Positions 1 through 11,882 of a stretch of 64,000 bases of DNA are shown piece by piece. The position numbers and the translations under genes were made by a program. Location: the NCBI GenBank assembly GCA_965153285.1, contig OZ229123.1, one strand, 5' to 3'. The stretch's first letter is position 1, and each line of letters starts with the position of its first letter. Origin of the DNA: Podarcis tiliguerta (taxonomy: Eukaryota). The notes under the pieces were generated by a model that saw only the letters and a program-made list of their open reading frames with translations, did not search any database and had not been told where the DNA came from.

Positions 1-611
1 TTGACGTAGTTCCTTAGCAGTGAGCCCCTTCCAAAGGAAGAGGCAACAGTGATGGTGAATAGCAGGAGAGGGTAGAGAAGCAGAGCAGAGGCCCTCCCTT
101 GCTAGTGAGTCACTGCTGTTTAGTAGGAGGGAAAGATAAAGCGGGCAGGGAAGGTGGTGTGGTGCAGACACAGCAGCAGAGCCACTCCATTTTCAAAGAA
201 GTAAGAATTTAGAAGGATGGTCCAGGTTCAGGCAATGCAAATATTGTTTCAGGAAATGCAAGGTAGGTAGATTCACCTTTAAACAAAAACCGAATCGAAT
301 TTCTTCTCTGCCATCCTTTGTTGAGCTAGAGAGTTTTAACTCCAAGTCAGCTATTTTCCCCTGGTATAGTTTATGTTCTTGGCTCTTCTCAAATAACACA
401 CTTGAGCTCTTTGCCAAAAAGTGACATTTAATACAGGTTCTGAGCAGCGTGGGAGACGAGAAGAGACAACATCTGGCAAATATTTTTCCATTACAAATGA
501 CAAAGTCCGAACATATTTGTGAGTGTGCGTGTGCATTTTGGAGCACGCTGTGCTTTTGCACAGCTTAGGATAAGGGCCAGTTAGTCCACACTCCTGTTAT
601 TTCGTCATAAA

Positions 612-989
612 AAAGGTTAAGGACCCCTGACCGTTAAGTCCAGTCACAGACGACTCTGGGGTTGCGGCGCTCATCTCACTTTACAGGCCGAGGGAGCCAG
701 CGTTTGTCTGCAGACAGTTTTTCCAGGTCATGTGGCCAGCATGACTAAGCCACTTCTGGCACAATGGAACACAGAAACCAGAGTAGCGCACGGAAACGCC
801 GTTTACCTTCCCACCGGAGCGGTACCTATTTATCTACTTGCACTTTTGACATGCTTTTGAACTGTTAGGTTGGCAGGAGCTGAGAATGAGCAACAGGAGC
901 TCACCCCGTCGCGGGGATTCGATTGGCAACCTTCTGATTGGCAAGCCCAAGAGGCTCAATGTTTTAGACCACAGCGCCACCCACATCCC
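612..989 (-). mobile_element. Sauria (Squam1) SINE, near full length
   Basis: Reverse complement of the tRNA-related head and body of the copy at 3563; degenerate ACCTTT tail. Confidence 0.9.
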
Positions 990-1018
990 ACATCTTTCGT
1001 CATACACACACACACACA

Positions 1019-1260
1019 CAGTGGTACCTCGGGTTAAGTACTTAATTCGTTCCAGAGGTCCGTTCTTAACCTGAAACTGTTCTTAACCTGAAGCACCACT
1101 TTAGCTAATGGGGCCTCCCACTGCCGTCGTGCCGCTGCTGCACGATTTCTGTTCTCATCCTGAAGCAAAGTTCTTAACCTGAGGTACTATTTCTGGGTTA
1201 GTGAAGTCTGTAACCTGAAGTGTATGTAACCTGAAGCGTATGTAACCTGAGGTACCACTG
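1019..1260. mobile_element. Tc1/mariner-pogo (Tigger-like) MITE, family A
   Basis: TIRs CAGTGGTACCTCGGGTTA / TAACCTGAGGTACCACTG; TA on the right; internal TAACCTGAAG repeats. Confidence 0.88.
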
Positions 1261-1432
1261 TACTAGTAATTCTCAGGGGTCGGTTACGAAGCAAGGTTGC
1301 ACCTTTGTTTGAAAAACACATTAAGAATGGAAGAAATGAGCATGCCTGTCATTTTCATACTATATTAATTGTACAGTTGTAGAAATAGTTGCATCATTTT
1401 TTAACTGAGTCAGTACTTTTTATCTTACTGTA

Positions 1433-1572
1433 CAGTCGTACCTTGGGACTCGAACGTTTTGGCTCCCGAACCCCGCAAACCCGGAAGTGAGTGTTCTGTT
1501 TTGTGAACGTTCTTTGGAAGCCGAACACCCAACGCGGCTTCTGCGGCTTCCGATTGGCTGTAGGAAGCTCCT
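1433..1572. mobile_element. Truncated Tc1/mariner-pogo MITE, family B
   Basis: TA-CAGTCGTACCTTGG end; shares GCTTCCG(A/T)TTGGCTG with the 41983 copy; ends at a poly-C run. Confidence 0.7.
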
Positions 1573-2697
1573 CCCCCCCCCCCACTTTTTATTGCATGGT
1601 GGCTATTTTTAAAAAGCCAAATGGTCGAGAAATGTGTGTTCTTCCCACTTTAGGCACTTGAACCAGCACCTTATCTGCTCAACAAATAATTCTCTGACCC
1701 ATTAGGCCATGCCACAGTGGCCTTATTCTATTGCCTGTATTCTATGACTTGACATATAAAAAATAATTTAAATTATTAAAGAAGTGTTTACTTCTGCTTC
1801 ACTTTGAAATAAGACTCAGCATTGTATTTCTAGATGGGTCCCTACTATCCAGAATTAATCCTGAGTTCCTGTGTGCTTTAAAAAAAAAAGTGCATCTAAT
1901 AAGAAGGAAATAGGAAGAAAGTTTTGATTTAAGAACAGAGAGCGTGTTGGAGAAGTAAACGCCCTGGGTCTATTGTTCTGGTATATCAAAGGGGTACTAA
2001 TAGGCAAAGGGCTCACACACTGACCTCTCTTTTCATTTCAAAATCTGATCCTTTGCATGAAGGACACAGGATGAGGGCCTGGAAAAGAACAAACAGAAGG
2101 AACCACCTCCCTTAAGTAATTATTTTTAAAACATGAACAATCATTGATGGAGCACCCGTATTCTGCCCTACTTTAAGCTCTGAAGAAGATTAGATGAAAA
2201 GTTTCCTCCCTCCCTTGGCCAAACTCAGTCGAAACTTTGATCCTCAAAGATATCTTAATAGCCATTTGCAGCTTTTCATGATTTTAGACTGGCTTTTGGG
2301 AGAGTGGAACATTTTCTCCCCACCCCCACCCCCTTTTACATGTCTGGGCCTTTTCCCAGGGTTGAATCTTTACAGGGAATAACTTGTTGTTTATCTTTAG
2401 CACTAACACTCACGCAGGAATCTTTTTATATTTCACTGAGTAAAGAAAAAGAGTTCCCAACACTACTATAATCACCTTCCATTTAACTAGGGTAAGATCT
2501 AATCTGGGTGCACTTCTCATTGTAGAATTTACACAACAGTAGAGTTAGGTTGTGAAAACACGATGCCTTTTTAAAACACATTTGAAGCACGTTCATTCCC
2601 TCAAAGAATTATGGGCATTGTACTTTACCCCTCATGGAGTTACAATTCCCAGCAGCTCTTAACCAACTGCAGGGCTCCAGGCCTCCTTCACAGGGAA

Positions 2698-3451
2698 CAT
2701 ACTCACCAACAGTCCTCCAGTAAAAATAAGGATGTCCTATCCCATAATAATAATGAAATATACTCAGAGTTGAGAGTGGATTTCATGCTCTTTATTCAGC
2801 TTAGTGGTGAGGAGGAATGGAAGTTCCCCCAGAATGTCTGCCTTATATAGCCCCACGTGATTGGCTAATTCTGGGATTCACCTGTAGGCCAATCAGGTTG
2901 TGGATTCACTTCCACCTGGAGCTGGATTGGGTGGCTCCTATGAACCAATCAGACTGCTGCATTCTGAATCCTATTGCTTAGGGCCAATCAGACTGCTGCA
3001 TTCTGAATTCAATTTTTCTAGGACGAATCAGACTGTTGCATTTTGGATCCTATTTAACTCAGTACATAACAAATAATGATAATAATGATTTTATTATTTA
3101 TACTCCACCCATCCGACTGGGTTGCCCCAGCCACTCTGGGTGGTTTCCAACATATATAAAAACATAGTAATACATTAAACATTTAAAAATTCCCTACACA
3201 GGGCTGCCTTCAGATGTTTTCTAAAAATTGTATAGTTACTTATCTCCTTGGCTGGGGGGGGGGGGTCACATAACTCCATGCCCCCCAACATTTCTCCAGT
3301 GAAAATAGGGACATCCCACCACACCCTCCAACATTTCTCCGATGAAAATAGTCCTAAGGAAAAGGGGGACATTCCGGGATCAAATCAGAACTCAGGATGG
3401 CTTCTGTAAATCCGGGACTGTCCCTGGAAATAAGGACATTTGGAGGATCTG
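2698..3451. mobile_element. Non-autonomous DNA element with 6-bp TSD (AGGGAA), interrupted by a solo LTR
   Basis: Termini CATACTCACCAAC...TTTGGAGGATCTG; TSD 2692-2697 and 3452-3457; second copy at 5876. Confidence 0.75.
2754..3071 (-). mobile_element. Solo LTR, 318 bp
   Basis: TG...CA ends with imperfect terminal inverted repeat; 5-bp TSD AATAA; minus-strand TATATAA (2843-2849) upstream of AATAAA (2791-2796); three 39-40 bp tandem units, two with intact CCAAT. Confidence 0.82.
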
Positions 3452-3562
3452 AGGGAAGTCTGGAAATGGTTCTTCGTTGAAGAGATAGAGTCCTCCTAAC
3501 AATTCCCAGCTCCCATAACTACAGCTCCCAGAATTCTTTGGGGGAAGCTATGCCTCTTTAAA

Positions 3563-3918
3563 GGGACGCGGGTGGCGCTGTGGGTTAAACCACAGAGCCT
3601 AGGACTTGCTGATCAGAAGGTCGGCGGTTCGAATCCCCGCGACGGGGCGAGCTCCCGTTGCCCGGTCCCTGCTCCTGCCAACCTAGCAGTTCGAAAGCAC
3701 GCCAAAGTGCAAGCAGATAAATAGGTACCACTCCAGTGGGAAGGTAAACGGCGTTTCCATGCGCTGCTCTGGTTCGCCAGAAGCAGCTTAGTCATGCTGG
3801 CCACATGACCCGGAAGCTGTATGCCGGCTCCCTCGGCCAATAAAGCGAGATGAGCGCCGCGACCCCAGAGTCAGTCACGAATGGACCTAACGGTCAGGGG
3901 TCCCTTTACCTTTACCAT
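3563..3918 (+). mobile_element. Sauria (Squam1) SINE, full length, young
   Basis: GGGACGCGGGTGGCGCTGTGG head, B-box GGTTCGAATCC, (ACCTTT) tail, perfect 14-bp TSD TATGCCTCTTTAAA (3549-3562 / 3919-3932). Confidence 0.95.
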
Positions 3919-5132
3919 TATGCCTCTTTAAAATGGCATCATAGTACCTTAAATGCATGGTGCGAATGTGGCTGTAGAATGACCTTGAAATGTGATGATA
4001 CCTGTTGATGAGCTCAGGCCTGGACAGAGATTTTAGAAACCTCTGACTCTGGCACGGCTGGAAAGTGGTCTATAAGAGAGTCACATCTGTCGCTCTGCCC
4101 ACACCCGCTGAATAATAATACTTTTATTATTTATACCCTTCCCATCTGGTTGGGTTGCTCCAGCCACACTGGGTGGCACTTTCGACTCTGGCCCTGTCCA
4201 TCACTGGCAAATGGCCCTCAGACCTTTGTCTATGAGGGAATGCAGCCCTCTGGCAAGGCTCCCCACCCCTGTGCGTGTGAGTCTATACAGAAGCTACCAG
4301 CTTCAGTGAGTCACACAGCCTAATTTGGAGGAGCCTCTTCAAAAATAGGTGCAGCCTGTAATGGTTAACAATTAAGGCTACCGCACTGCAGACCACTTCA
4401 AAGCCGGTCTTGATGTAGACTGAGTTTTCTTTTCCCTGCCAAGGAGGACTTCCTTGTCACACGGAACAAGGAACAGAAGAAAATAGCCCCTCTGCACAGG
4501 AGACCATCTATTTGCTAATTAGCCAAGTCGAGTTTGGGGATCAGCGTAGCAGGGTAACAGTGAGCCATCCAGCCAGTTTCCAGCCTAGGTAGGTTTCGGT
4601 TCGAATCCACCTGGCATATTGTCCTTGGCGAGGGCAAAATCGCAAAGAGCGGCAGAACACGTTCTTTGCTGGAGGCCATTGGTTCAGTGCGTGGGTGGCT
4701 GCTTTTCTACATAACGCTGCCAAAGCAGCCTCGGGACACGGGATGGTGCATGGCGGAGGGGGGAGAGCATTGGGAGGGACAGGAGACACACATGCTTTGC
4801 TTATTGAGTCACAAAGGAGCACAGATGCAGAGGAGAAGAATACCAGAAAAGTATCACGCATTGAGTAAAGAAATAAATATATGTAGGCACCTGATCAGTG
4901 GTAGAGCACATGGAAGGTTGCTGCTGCCAGTCTGTGTGGGAAGAAGGTGGTTCTCAAACTTTGGCCACCACTTGGCTAGGGGGGAGGTCATTCTCGCTGA
5001 ACCATTTAATACACTTCTTTTTTAAAAAATCTGAAAATCAAAGCACATACGTAACTCATATTTTTTTCCACAGCAAAAGTGCTACCATCAAGACTAGCAC
5101 AGTAGGACTAGCACAGGACCTGGGGCAGTCTA

Positions 5133-5290
5133 CATGGGTGTAGCCAGGATTTGTTTGGGGAGGGGGCAGGCTTAATGTTGGTGGGCAGAACTGAGTTATC
5201 TGCAATGCAATTGGTCAGTTAGTTAAGTATTTTTATTTATTTTCTTGATTTGAGGGGGCAGCTGCCCCCCCCCCCCCCGCTATGTCAATG
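5133..5290. mobile_element. hAT-type MITE
   Basis: CATGGGTGTAGC...GCTATGTCAATG termini; 8-bp TSD GCAGTCTA/GCAGTCAA. Confidence 0.65.
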
Positions 5291-5875
5291 GCAGTCAAAC
5301 AGGAAAGGCTAGTAAATTTTTCAGGGGGAATGAGACAACTACACCAGTGTCGTATGATGAAAACCAGGAACCCTAAACTAGGGCCTTGTTAGCTTGTTTG
5401 ATAATTTGGTCTTGGTCAAGAACAGCCGTGATCTCCATCATAAGGGGGGGGGGAGCAGATCAAGTGCAGGATCAAATGCAGACTATTTCGCCACCTTGAC
5501 TGGATTAGAGCAGAATTTGAGAACCTATGATATACAAAGTGCTGCTATTGAACAATAAGTAGGGAACCTAAGGCTTGGGCCCAAATGCAGGCCTCTCCTT
5601 CCAGCTCTGGCCCTTTTCCATCTGCCCACGCCTCTTCCCAGGTCATGTCCCTCATTGACTCTACTCCACACCCACCTTGAGTGCTTTTGCCCAGCCGGAT
5701 TGGATCCTTGAACTGTGACAATGCCTTTTGTTTGTCTGGATAGAGGTGTGTGTAGAAAAGCCCTGAATTTCGTGTGGCTTGAATACAGCCTACTGTACAA
5801 AGAAAGGCCTCATCTGTTGCTCCACCCACTTTTTGTACCTGGCCACACCACCAGAAGCCTCCCCATGACGGAATA

Positions 5876-6486
5876 CACACACTCCGACATTTCTCCAATG
5901 AAAAGAGGGATGTTCCATTCCATAATGATGATTTTACTATTTATACCTCACACATCATCTTGCTTTACTGGCCAAGGAAGCCGGCGTTTGTCCGGAGACA
6001 GTTTTTCCAGGTCATGTGGGCAGCATGACTAAGCCACTTCTGGCAAACCAGAGCAGCACCCAGAAACGCTGTTTACCTTCCCGCTGGAGCGGTACCTATT
6101 TATCTACTTGCACTTTGACATGCTTTCGAACTGCTAGGTGGGCAGGAGCTGGGACCGAACAACGGGAGCTCACCCCGTTGCGGGGATTCAAACCGCCGAC
6201 CTTCAGATTGGCAAGCCCTAGGCTCTGTGGTTTAGACCACAGCGCCACCCCCATCACACACACACACACACACTCATACACATAATACAACATTAAACAT
6301 TAAGAAAACCTTCCCTATACAGATTCCCTTCAGTTCGGGGGTCGGATGGGTTGGGGGTCCGATAACTCCATACCCTTCAATGAAAATAGGGACATCCTAA
6401 GGAAAAATGGGACATTCCAGGATCAAATCAGAAACCTGGACAGCTTCTCTAAATCAGGGATGTCCCTGGAAAATAGTGAGGGTCTG
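5876..6486. mobile_element. Second copy of the 6-bp-TSD DNA element (TSD GGAATA), interrupted by a Sauria SINE
   Basis: Termini CACACACTCCGAC...GAGGGTCTG; TSD 5870-5875 and 6487-6492; collinear with 2698-3451. Confidence 0.72.
5955..6252 (-). mobile_element. Sauria SINE lacking its 3' tail
   Basis: High similarity to the other copies; followed by (CA)n. Confidence 0.88.
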
Positions 6487-7530
6487 GGAATATGGCCATT
6501 GGGCTGAAGAAGGCTCTGCACCCTTGAGCTAGCAGGACTGATTGTTTGACTTGGTGTAAGGCAGCTTCCTATCTCCTTACCTTACCTCATGAACTTGCCA
6601 CCTCAGGAGAAGTTACTTGAACCACAGAACGGATTGAAGAAGGGTTGGCTATCTTGGAACTCTGGTAAAAGGAGAGCAATCAGGAGCCGCAGGCTGAAGC
6701 GGACTCAGAAAGCTTCGGCTACATGGCGGATACAACAAAGGCCTCTTGATCAATGTAAACAACCTTTCTAGTCCAGGAAACAGTGAGAAGTGAGAGAGAA
6801 ATGAGGGAGAATTGGCTGTTCCAGACCCCTTGACTGTTCCTGACTGAAAAAGATATTTTAAGTTTGCTGTTCTCCAGTGTTAACAGAGCTTAAATCAAAC
6901 AGAAGCACCTCCAACTCGCAGGGTGTCCTTCTGCGGTCATCATTGGCAGGATGAGTTGAGTTTCCTGTAAAAAGCTTTGCTGAAGTCTCTCTGAGAGGCT
7001 GTAAATCTGACACAGGGCCACAAGCCAGCTTATGCCAACACCGTAAAATGTGGGTCTGGGCACAAGAATATATGGAGCAGGAGGAGAAGACAGGTGAGGT
7101 GAGGAGAGGTGAGGGCCTGTAAAAGGGTAGGTTTTGTGCACGATGATGGCCATGTAGAATTCATATAATGGGATCGCTGCCAGACCTTTTTGTTCTTTCC
7201 TTTCTAACCCTTCTGACAGCTTCAGGTTTGAGCTCAGCCAAGTTGTTTCAGAATTTTTCAGTGTCAGCTGTGCAACTATGAAATGCTTCCTTTGTCTACC
7301 ACGATTTGGGGGAAACTTTATAATAATATTCCATACCAATGTTTCCTCCCCACCCAAACTTTCTGCATACGCAGAAAAAGCCCTGTGCAGTTCTGAGGTG
7401 GAACCCTTGTGTATTGCCAAGGATTCTGGGGCCTGTCCCAGGGTGCAAGGGTCCTCTGATAAGGGAGGACATTGGCCAAGCCTATTGAGTCTCCCCTCTG
7501 CTCTGCATGAATTGAGAGTGTTTCTAGAGG

Positions 7531-7859
7531 CAGCAGTGTGTGGCAGCAAGGGGTGTGTGGTGGGTGTGGGCCACCCTGGGTGTCACCACTGAGGGAGGTG
7601 ACAAAATGCCAGGTGGTACTCACAGCAGGGCCTGCAGTGCGCCCGAGCCACGTATCTCTCCTGGGAGAGACACGGTGGCTTTGGTGAGCGCAGGCTCCGC
7701 GCTGCCCAAATAGTCTGCCCGTCACCTCCCCCTCAGCTATAGGGCGGCTGGGTGGGAAGAGGCAGGCAGACTCCTTGGAGGCCCCACAGAGCGTCCTGCC
7801 CTGACTGGCCCCACCCCTGGGCGCCACCCCAGGCACCCAATCAGGTTGCTCTGCTGCTG
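7531..7859. mobile_element. GC-rich hAT-type non-autonomous element
   Basis: CAGCAG...CTGCTG termini; 8-bp TSD TCTAGAGG/TCTAGAGC. Confidence 0.6.
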
Positions 7860-7927
7860 TCTAGAGCAACACTCAATAAGTCTCTGTAGCTGCTTATCTC
7901 CATTTTTTTTTTTTCATTACAGTGGTA

Positions 7928-8292
7928 AAAGGTAAAGGTAAAGGTACCCCTGCCCATACAGGCCAGTCTTGACAGACTCTAGGGTTGTGCGCCCATCTCA
8001 CTCAAGAGGCTGAGGGCCAGCGCTGTCCGCAGACACTTCCGGGTCACGTGGCCAGCGTGACAAAGCTGCATCTGGCGAGCCAGCGCAGCACACGGAAACG
8101 CCGTTTAACTTCCCGCCAGTAAGCGGTCCCTATTTATCTACTTGCACCCGAGAGTGCTTTCGAACTGCTAGGTTGGCAGGCGCTGGGACTGAGCAACGGG
8201 AGTGCACCCCGCTGCGGGGATTTGAACCGCCGACCTTTCAATCAGCAAGCCCTAGGCACTGAGGCTTTTACCCACAGCACCACCCGTGTCCC
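7928..8292 (-). mobile_element. Sauria SINE, divergent subfamily
   Basis: (ACCTTT)3 tail; many differences from the other copies; 13-bp TSD CATTACAGTGGTA (7915-7927 / 8293-8305). Confidence 0.9.
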
Positions 8293-8297
8293 CATTA

Positions 8298-8530
8298 CAG
8301 TGGTACCTTATGTTATAAACACCTCGGGTTACAAACACTTCAGGTTACAGACTCCGCTAACCCGGAAGTAGTACCTCGGGTTAAGAACTTTACCTCAGGA
8401 TGAGAACAGAAATTGCACGTGGCAGCAGCGGGAGGCCCCATTAGCTAAAGAGGTACCTCAGGTTAAGAACGGTTTCAGGTTAAGAAAGGACCTCTGGAAC
8501 GAGTTAAGTTATTAACCAGAGGTACCACTG
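8298..8530. mobile_element. Tc1/mariner-pogo MITE, family A (opposite orientation to the 1019 copy)
   Basis: TA-CAGTGGTACCT...AGGTACCACTG-TA. Confidence 0.88.
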
Positions 8531-8964
8531 TACTGAGGTTTCCTAAACTGCATTAATTTGCTAGCAGAAGCAAAGTAAACTTTGCAAGATCTCAGCTGCA
8601 AATAATATTTTGCATGAGTCTTACTCCTTTTGCAGGGAAATTAAGACTGCAATCCCAAACACAGTGAATGAGTCCCACTGAACACATTGGGACTTTCTTC
8701 TGACAACAGGTACTTAGGATCGCAGTGTAACAGACACATTTTGAAAGTTAGCATTCACAAATAAGAGGCATTAAGGATGCAATCCTAAGCACACTTAATT
8801 GGCAGTTTTATCCCCCTTGAACTCAGTGGCGGTTGCTTCCAAATAGGCAGGTACTGACTGCACTGGGATGCACATTGTGATTCTTAATATAGGTGGCAGA
8901 AGAAGGAGGGTTTTTGTAAAAGGTGGGTTCATGAACGGGATACAATTTACCCAATTTCAGAAAA

Positions 8965-9215
8965 TTTATACACCGCTTTATTATAATAAAACCTCAAACT
9001 GGTTTACAGAAAGAATAAAATAATAAAATTATAAGGTGTTTTTTTTTAAAAAAAACCAACAACAGTTACAAACATCCCAAGAATAATTAAAACCGAGAAG
9101 CTAAAAACCAGATTAAAACTGTCAACATTCTGCACGGCTGGATAGCCTTGCCTAAACAAAAATGTCATGAGTCAGGGAGTTCCAAAGTGTGGGTGCAGCC
9201 ACCCTAGAAATACTA
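8965..9215 (-). mobile_element. L2-like LINE 3' fragment
   Basis: Reverse complement similar to 61660-61767 (TGGAACTCCCTG...TTTGTTTAGGCAAG); boundaries approximate. Confidence 0.55.
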
Positions 9216-9256
9216 GCAAGGTTTTCAAGATAGAAAAGAGGGTAAATGATCTTAGC

Positions 9257-9612
9257 AGCTAGCTCCTGAACCTTTCTCAGCTCAAGGGCCACATTCCCTC
9301 TGGGACAACCTTCCAGGGGCCACATGCAAGTGGTGGGCGGAGTCATGGATCTGACTCCTGCAGGCTACACTGCAGCCATGCAAGAGTCAGAAGTTTCCAT
9401 ACACCCACCCACAACTCTCCACCTTCTTTGTTAGCAAGAAGCATTATCGCAGTTCAAAAGAACATTCCAACTAGGTGAATGCACTCAAGAGCATGGAGCA
9501 GGACTTGTGAAGGAGGTAACCTGGGGGAGGGGCTAGGGAGAGTTTCAAGGTCCAGACAGAGTTGCTTGGAGGGCCACATTTGGCCCCTGGGCCTGATGTT
9601 CCCCATACCCCA
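9257..9612. mobile_element. Old hAT-like MITE
   Basis: GAACCTTT...AGGGCCACATT sub-terminal motifs repeated near both ends; boundaries approximate. Confidence 0.5.
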
Positions 9613-9869
9613 GCTTTAGGAGCTGCGCACAAGGGGAAATACTTGCGGTCTTCCAGCACTGCAATGGGGAAAAGCTGTGCCTGGCCCACTTCTACATTCT
9701 GTGAAATTCTGAAAAGGACAATTTTTGAAAAGATGAGGACCCAACCACACTGCAGAGAAGTAGGCAGGAGATCACAATTGATTTTTTTTTAAAAAAGAGA
9801 CTGGAAACAAAAGACAAGTGTGCAAGGGCCAACCCACCTGCTGACAGGTGCGGTGGCGGAATGGAGACG

Positions 9870-10194
9870 ACAAAAGCAAGAGTTCTCATAGGGGGAATAT
9901 TTGTGACAATACTCAAGGTGTGGAACTCCATGCCCCATGAAATTCATCAGCCGCCCCCCATTACATTTCCAGTACCTTCTGATGGATTCCCCCCCCCCCA
10001 AACTTATTTTTATTACTGCTGGCTTGTTTCCTCTGCTGCTTGTATCACCTATTAAATTTAACTGATTATTTTTATGGTGCAATATTGCTTTATTTGATGC
10101 ATGGTTTTAATCTGTCTTTATCTTTTCTGTGAGCTTCCCTGAGTCCCGTTATGTAGTGGAAAGGCAGGATATAAATCTCCTTATAAATAAATAA
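9870..10194 (+). mobile_element. L2-like LINE 3' end
   Basis: TGGAACTCC motif, T-rich UTR, GAAAGGCAGGATATAAAT and (TAAA)n tail. Confidence 0.5.
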
Positions 10195-11319
10195 AGACAC
10201 GGAGGAGGAAAACAAGGCAATTGTTGTTTCCCTGGCTCCTTTCTAAAGGGCCCTACCCTCTCTTCCAGTTGAAATCTTTTAACAGAGATGTGTCAGAATG
10301 TTTAAGGAGAAGGTTTATCCAAAGCATGACAGTAAGTTTCTTCTTTAAATCCGGTCTGCAAAATCAGGGTAGCTGGCAAGCATACCTCTCGCATATTCCA
10401 ACTCTGATGCTGTTTCCTCTGAAAATAGTTCCCTGTCTGGTCTTCACATAGGCTCAAGGGAGAGGAAAAAACCAGAAGCTTAGCTCTTTAAAAAGAGTGA
10501 GCGAACTTCTTTTTAAATCCTTTCATCTAACTTCTGGTTACTGAGAATGAGTTCTTTGCATATAAGGATAACTTTGAAAAGCTGTAAGCAGCAGAATGGT
10601 TAACGAGGAACCCAACCCAACCCAACAGTATCATTCCCTTGTTTTGGCATGGCATCCATCCACCCAAAGCCATTTTTCTGGGTGTGAATCCACTTTCACC
10701 TCTTCTGGAGAACTGCCTTCTCCACTGCACCAGGCTCTCCAACTGGAAAGCTGGCAAGGAGGACCATGTCATGTGGTATCTCACCGTCTCTGCGATTCTC
10801 ATTAAGTTTTCCATCCACCCATCTACGGGAAGAAACAGACTCGGCTTGTTGCTGCCTCGCCTTTTGGAGTCTGTCCTCCTGTGCTGAGTGCCAAGGTGCA
10901 AACACCCGGCTCCAGGTTCAGCAAGCTCTTAGCTCAGTCGCTTACACAACACAGAAAAGAGCTGGTGGAAACCAGCACAGTCCATGCTCACACTGACAGA
11001 TCATGCTAGATCAAAAATGACTGGAAATGTCCATTTCTCTCTCCTCTCCTCTTTGTAGAAGCTGGGAACCAGCAAGTTAGGAAACAGATTTTGCGGCTAC
11101 CAAGAATTTAATTCACTTATTTTGAACATAAGACAAGTGACTCCTGCTGGATCAGGCCAAAGACCCATTGGGTTTATCATCATCTTATTTATATACCACC
11201 TTTCCACAAAAGAAATGTGCTCAACACAACAAAGAGAACAGTGATACATCTCAAAATCAAGGACCGCAAAACCAATTTCATAACAGGAATAGTAAAATAG
11301 CAACACAAGAGCTGATGTA

Positions 11320-11669
11320 AAGGTAAAGGGACCCCTGACCGTTAGGTCGTCGTGACCAACTATGGGGTTGCGGCGCTCATCTCACTTTATTGGCCGAGGG
11401 AGCCGGTGTACAGCTTCTGGGTCATGTGGCCAGCATGACTAAGCTGCTGCTGACAAACCAGAGCAGCACATGGAAACGTCGTTTACCTTCCCGCCAGAGC
11501 GGTACCTATTCATCTACTTGCACTTTGATGTGCTTTCGAACTGCTAGGTTGGCAGGAGCTGGGACCGAGCAATGGGAGCTCACCCCGTCGTGAGGATTTG
11601 AACCGCTGACCTTCTGATTGGCAAGTCCTAGGCGCTGTGGTTTAACCCACAGTGCCACCTGCGTCCCTG
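11320..11669 (-). mobile_element. Sauria SINE, full length
   Basis: 13-bp TSD AAGAGCTGATGTA (11307-11319 / 11670-11682). Confidence 0.93.
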
Positions 11670-11882
11670 AAGAGCTGATGTAGGAATATACAAAAAAATA
11701 ATAATCCTGTAAGTGTAACAACAGTCAGTACAGTTGCAAGATTATACCTTGTAGAAATAGCAAAAACACGGGCGTCTGAGAGTTTTACCCTGGTTCTAAA
11801 AACACCCACCAATGATGTAGCTCACAGTTCCTCTCCTGCAGCAACTCCTTGCCAAAGGCTGGAAGTCTCATATGCCTTAGAC

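Noticed and set aside
2945-3056. 39-40 bp direct repeats that might suggest a CRISPR-like array
   Set aside because: Head-to-tail with no unique spacers, inside an LTR U3 region in a vertebrate genome
3613-3840. Recurrent peptides such as MTKLLLANQSS...GTYLSTC and KKKSLDLISR in many ORFs
   Set aside because: Translations of Sauria and Squam3 SINE copies, not a gene family
6890-7549. Longest ORF (219 aa) and overlapping ORFs 7278-7836
   Set aside because: No recognisable domain, low-complexity stretches, and it overlaps a GC-rich hAT element; consistent with chance ORFs
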